From: Candidatus Bathyarchaeota archaeon
GTDB taxonomy: Archaea; Thermoproteota; Bathyarchaeia; Bathyarchaeales; Bathycorpusculaceae
Assembly: GCA_963806535.1 (NCBI GenBank)
Contig: CAWDYC010000003.1
Span: forward strand, 320,001-384,000
Direction of reading: 5' to 3'
DNA length: 64,000 nucleotides
The notes under the pieces are model-generated. The model did no database searches and was not told the DNA's origin. It was given only the letters and a program-made list of their open reading frames with translations. Below are positions 61,996-64,000 of this stretch, in pieces. Each line of letters starts with the position of its first letter. The stretch's first letter is position 1. The position numbers and the translations under genes were made by a program.

Positions 61996-62730
61996 TTAAC
62001 GTTTACCCATAATAGCGGCAGCGCCGGGAACGAGGCGAGTTTTTGGTTTGTGGGGGGTTCCCAGATATTTTAGAGCTTCATCCGGCCAGGATAGACACCA
62101 AGACACTGGATGAAAGCACTTGTCCGGTTGAAGACTGGGAATCATTTCAGGATGTTCCTTCAAAAACCGTTTTGCCTCTACTACAGTTTCTGGGTCATCA
62201 CAGTAAATCTGGTTCAAGTCGGCGTCAGACACGTTTTGTTTAATTCTTGCTGCGCACACCAAAATTTCCCCAAGTTTTTCTCGTGCGTAAGCAATATGTT
62301 CAGGTGACGGATTGAACCATCCAGCTTGCGCTGCTAACTTGTAAGCTAATTTCTCAGCCATTGCAGGCGTTACACCAGTTTCAACCGCAAGCTCATCGAC
62401 TGTTCCTGGACGAAATAGGAGTTTTTTCAAACGTTCCATCGCCGAGAGCATTCTTCCTTCATCAACGTTCAAGAGATACTCATGTTCAGGCAAGGCGTAC
62501 CAAATGGTTATTCGCCGGTTAATTCTCTTGTCGACTTTCTTAATTTGTGCAGCATCTTCTAAATCGTTGATGGTTCCCTGCAGTTTTCTTATCGACATAA
62601 TTTTTGGACATAATTGCTCTACAAGCCATTTCTTCTGCTTAGGTCCAGAAGTGAGCACATCTAAAACCGCTTTTTCGTAAACATCAAATTTTTGAGCTCC
62701 GTGCCCATTGGTACCCAAATCAGACACCAC
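61996..62730 (-). CDS. Hypothetical wHTH-like protein, probably MGE-borne
   Basis: 244-aa ORF with HTH-like segments; divergent from the ParB-like gene. Confidence 0.6.
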   Translation of the reverse strand: MVSDLGTNGHGAQKFDVYEKAVLDVLTSGPKQKKWLVEQLCPKIMSIRKLQGTINDLEDAAQIKKVDKRINRRITIWYALPEHEYLLNVDEGRMLSAMERLKKLLFRPGTVDELAVETGVTPAMAEKLAYKLAAQAGWFNPSPEHIAYAREKLGEILVCAARIKQNVSDADLNQIYCDDPETVVEAKRFLKEHPEMIPSLQPDKCFHPVSWCLSWPDEALKYLGTPHKPKTRLVPGAAAIMGKR

Positions 62731-62775
62731 TGAAGTCTATACCAAACATCAAGCTTCTTAAGTATTGGTGTAAAA

Positions 62776-63342
62776 TTGGCAGAAAAGAAAACAACCATAA
62801 ATGTTCCAGATGCTTACTTGCCCCTGCTTGAAGATCTTCAGCTTCTGAAAAGTGACGAAAACAACCCAAACAGAATGACAATCAAACAGAAAGAGCAAGT
62901 TTGGCACAGCCTCGAAAAGTACGGCTGGACCTACCCAATCATAACCAACAAAGACGGCGTTTTCGCTGATGGTGAGCAACGAGCACAAGTCTGCAAGGAG
63001 CACAATGAGTTTTTTGCTCCAGTTCTTCGGCTGCCTGTTTCTGACGTTGACAGAAGAATGCTTAGGCAAATTCTAAACAAACTCAAAGGCAAACATAGTA
63101 AGGATCTTGACGCTGCCGAGTATTTGCGGATAATTGAAGCTGGCGAGAAAGATTGCCTGAAAGCACTATTGAAATCCGTTGGAGAAAAGCTGCCTGAAAA
63201 CCTTGATGCCGAACATGAAAATTCAAGCATAATACCAAACAGCTATGAGCTGATCATAGACTGCAAAGATGAGACCGAGCAGCAGACCTTTTTTGAGAAA
63301 CTCAAAAATGAAGGCTACAAAATCAGGGTTCTAAATCTTTAG
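62776..63342 (+). CDS. ParB/Srx-like N-terminal domain protein (phage/MGE type)
   Basis: NPNRM...SLEKYGW.YPII...ADGEQR; C-terminal IIDC.DE.EQ..FEKL..EGY. Confidence 0.8.
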   Translation: MAEKKTTINVPDAYLPLLEDLQLLKSDENNPNRMTIKQKEQVWHSLEKYGWTYPIITNKDGVFADGEQRAQVCKEHNEFFAPVLRLPVSDVDRRMLRQILNKLKGKHSKDLDAAEYLRIIEAGEKDCLKALLKSVGEKLPENLDAEHENSSIIPNSYELIIDCKDETEQQTFFEKLKNEGYKIRVLNL

Positions 63343-63353
63343 GAGGGTACGAT

Positions 63354-64000
63354 TTGGATTTTGATTTTGTCAATAGCTGGATTAAACCAGAAAGTTTCCG
63401 CGCTCAAAGTGTAGTCGGCAGCTTCACGTTAGATGATGTCAAGTTGCAGAAGCATTTCAAAGGATCATTGCCAATAGAAGATGATGATTGGCAGATCGGT
63501 GTCATTGTTGGGCGAAGTGGTTCCGGCAAATCAAGCATAGCAAAACACTTATTTCCAAATGCCTACCTTACGGGTTTCAATTATTCACGAAAATGTATTC
63601 TGGACGATTTTCATGAAAACTTGGAGACCTGCGAAGTAACGCGTCTTCTCTGCAGTGTTGGCTTCGCGTCGCCTCCAGATTGGCTCAAACCCTATAGTTG
63701 CCTTAGTCAAGGTGAGAAGATGCGGGTTGACCTTGCCCGAGCTCTAAGTCTCCCGCAGAAAATTGTTGTTTTTGATGAGTTCACATCGGTTGTTGATCGT
63801 GAAGTTGCAAAAATCGCTTCTTGCGCCATTAGTAAAGCGGTTAGGCGCGAGAAAGACAAGAAGTTCATCGCAGTAACTTGTCATTTCGATGTTGTCGATT
63901 GGCTTGATCCAGATTGGGTATTCTGCACTGACACAATGGAGTTTAGCCGAAAAAAAGATGTCGGCCGCCCGTTGAACTCCAAGTTTGTCGGTGCGGCACT
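63354..64000 (+). CDS. ABC-type ATPase (MGE type), 3'-truncated; absent from the ORF track
   Basis: TTG 63354 after AGGAGG; Walker A GRSGSGKS, signature LSQGEKMR, Walker B VVFDEFTSVVDR, VTCH; no TM partner seen. Confidence 0.88.
   Translation, partial: MDFDFVNSWIKPESFRAQSVVGSFTLDDVKLQKHFKGSLPIEDDDWQIGVIVGRSGSGKSSIAKHLFPNAYLTGFNYSRKCILDDFHENLETCEVTRLLCSVGFASPPDWLKPYSCLSQGEKMRVDLARALSLPQKIVVFDEFTSVVDREVAKIASCAISKAVRREKDKKFIAVTCHFDVVDWLDPDWVFCTDTMEFSRKKDVGRPLNSKFVGAA

Noticed and set aside
1036-63230. Numerous short antisense or overlapping ORFs in the ORF track
   Set aside because: Shadow frames of well-supported genes with no recognisable motifs.

Overview
Archaeal chromosomal window, most likely Bathyarchaeia/TACK (inferred from TFB, Alba, L7Ae-S28e-L24e, L40e, Gar1, RtcB/archease and many secreted PQQ-propeller/NosD-type proteins). 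Positions 1-50.4 kb are mostly core genes: alpha-glucan metabolism (GT4, GH57), class I GAPDH-PGK, hypA-mrp, EndoQ, TldD/PmbA, cyclophilins, tRNA-Gly(TCC), rtcB, adk, archease, TET peptidase, a PAS histidine kinase, an MtdB-like dehydrogenase, a tnpA-only IS200/IS605 element, a dapA-dapB-asd-lysA-dapF-dapL operon, and translation/transcription genes ending in aspS. After aspS lies an accessory array (50.8-61.7 kb) of unrelated secreted/membrane genes plus an inverted AbrB-VapC pair. Most transcription units there are preceded by one conserved element built from GTMAA-N6-TTKAC units fused to a BRE/TATA promoter. Three copies overlap the coding sequence of a shared C-terminal anchor tail, one of them an orphan relic. 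This is the best candidate for an undescribed cassette-shuffling system or surface-protein regulon. A ~195-bp dispersed repeat with 21-bp periodic CACGTCAA boxes occurs twice, at core/accessory junctions. The window ends in an MGE-like ParB-domain plus ABC-ATPase module carrying a canonical -1 frameshift signal. Single-base frameshifts in rtcB and dapL may be assembly errors.
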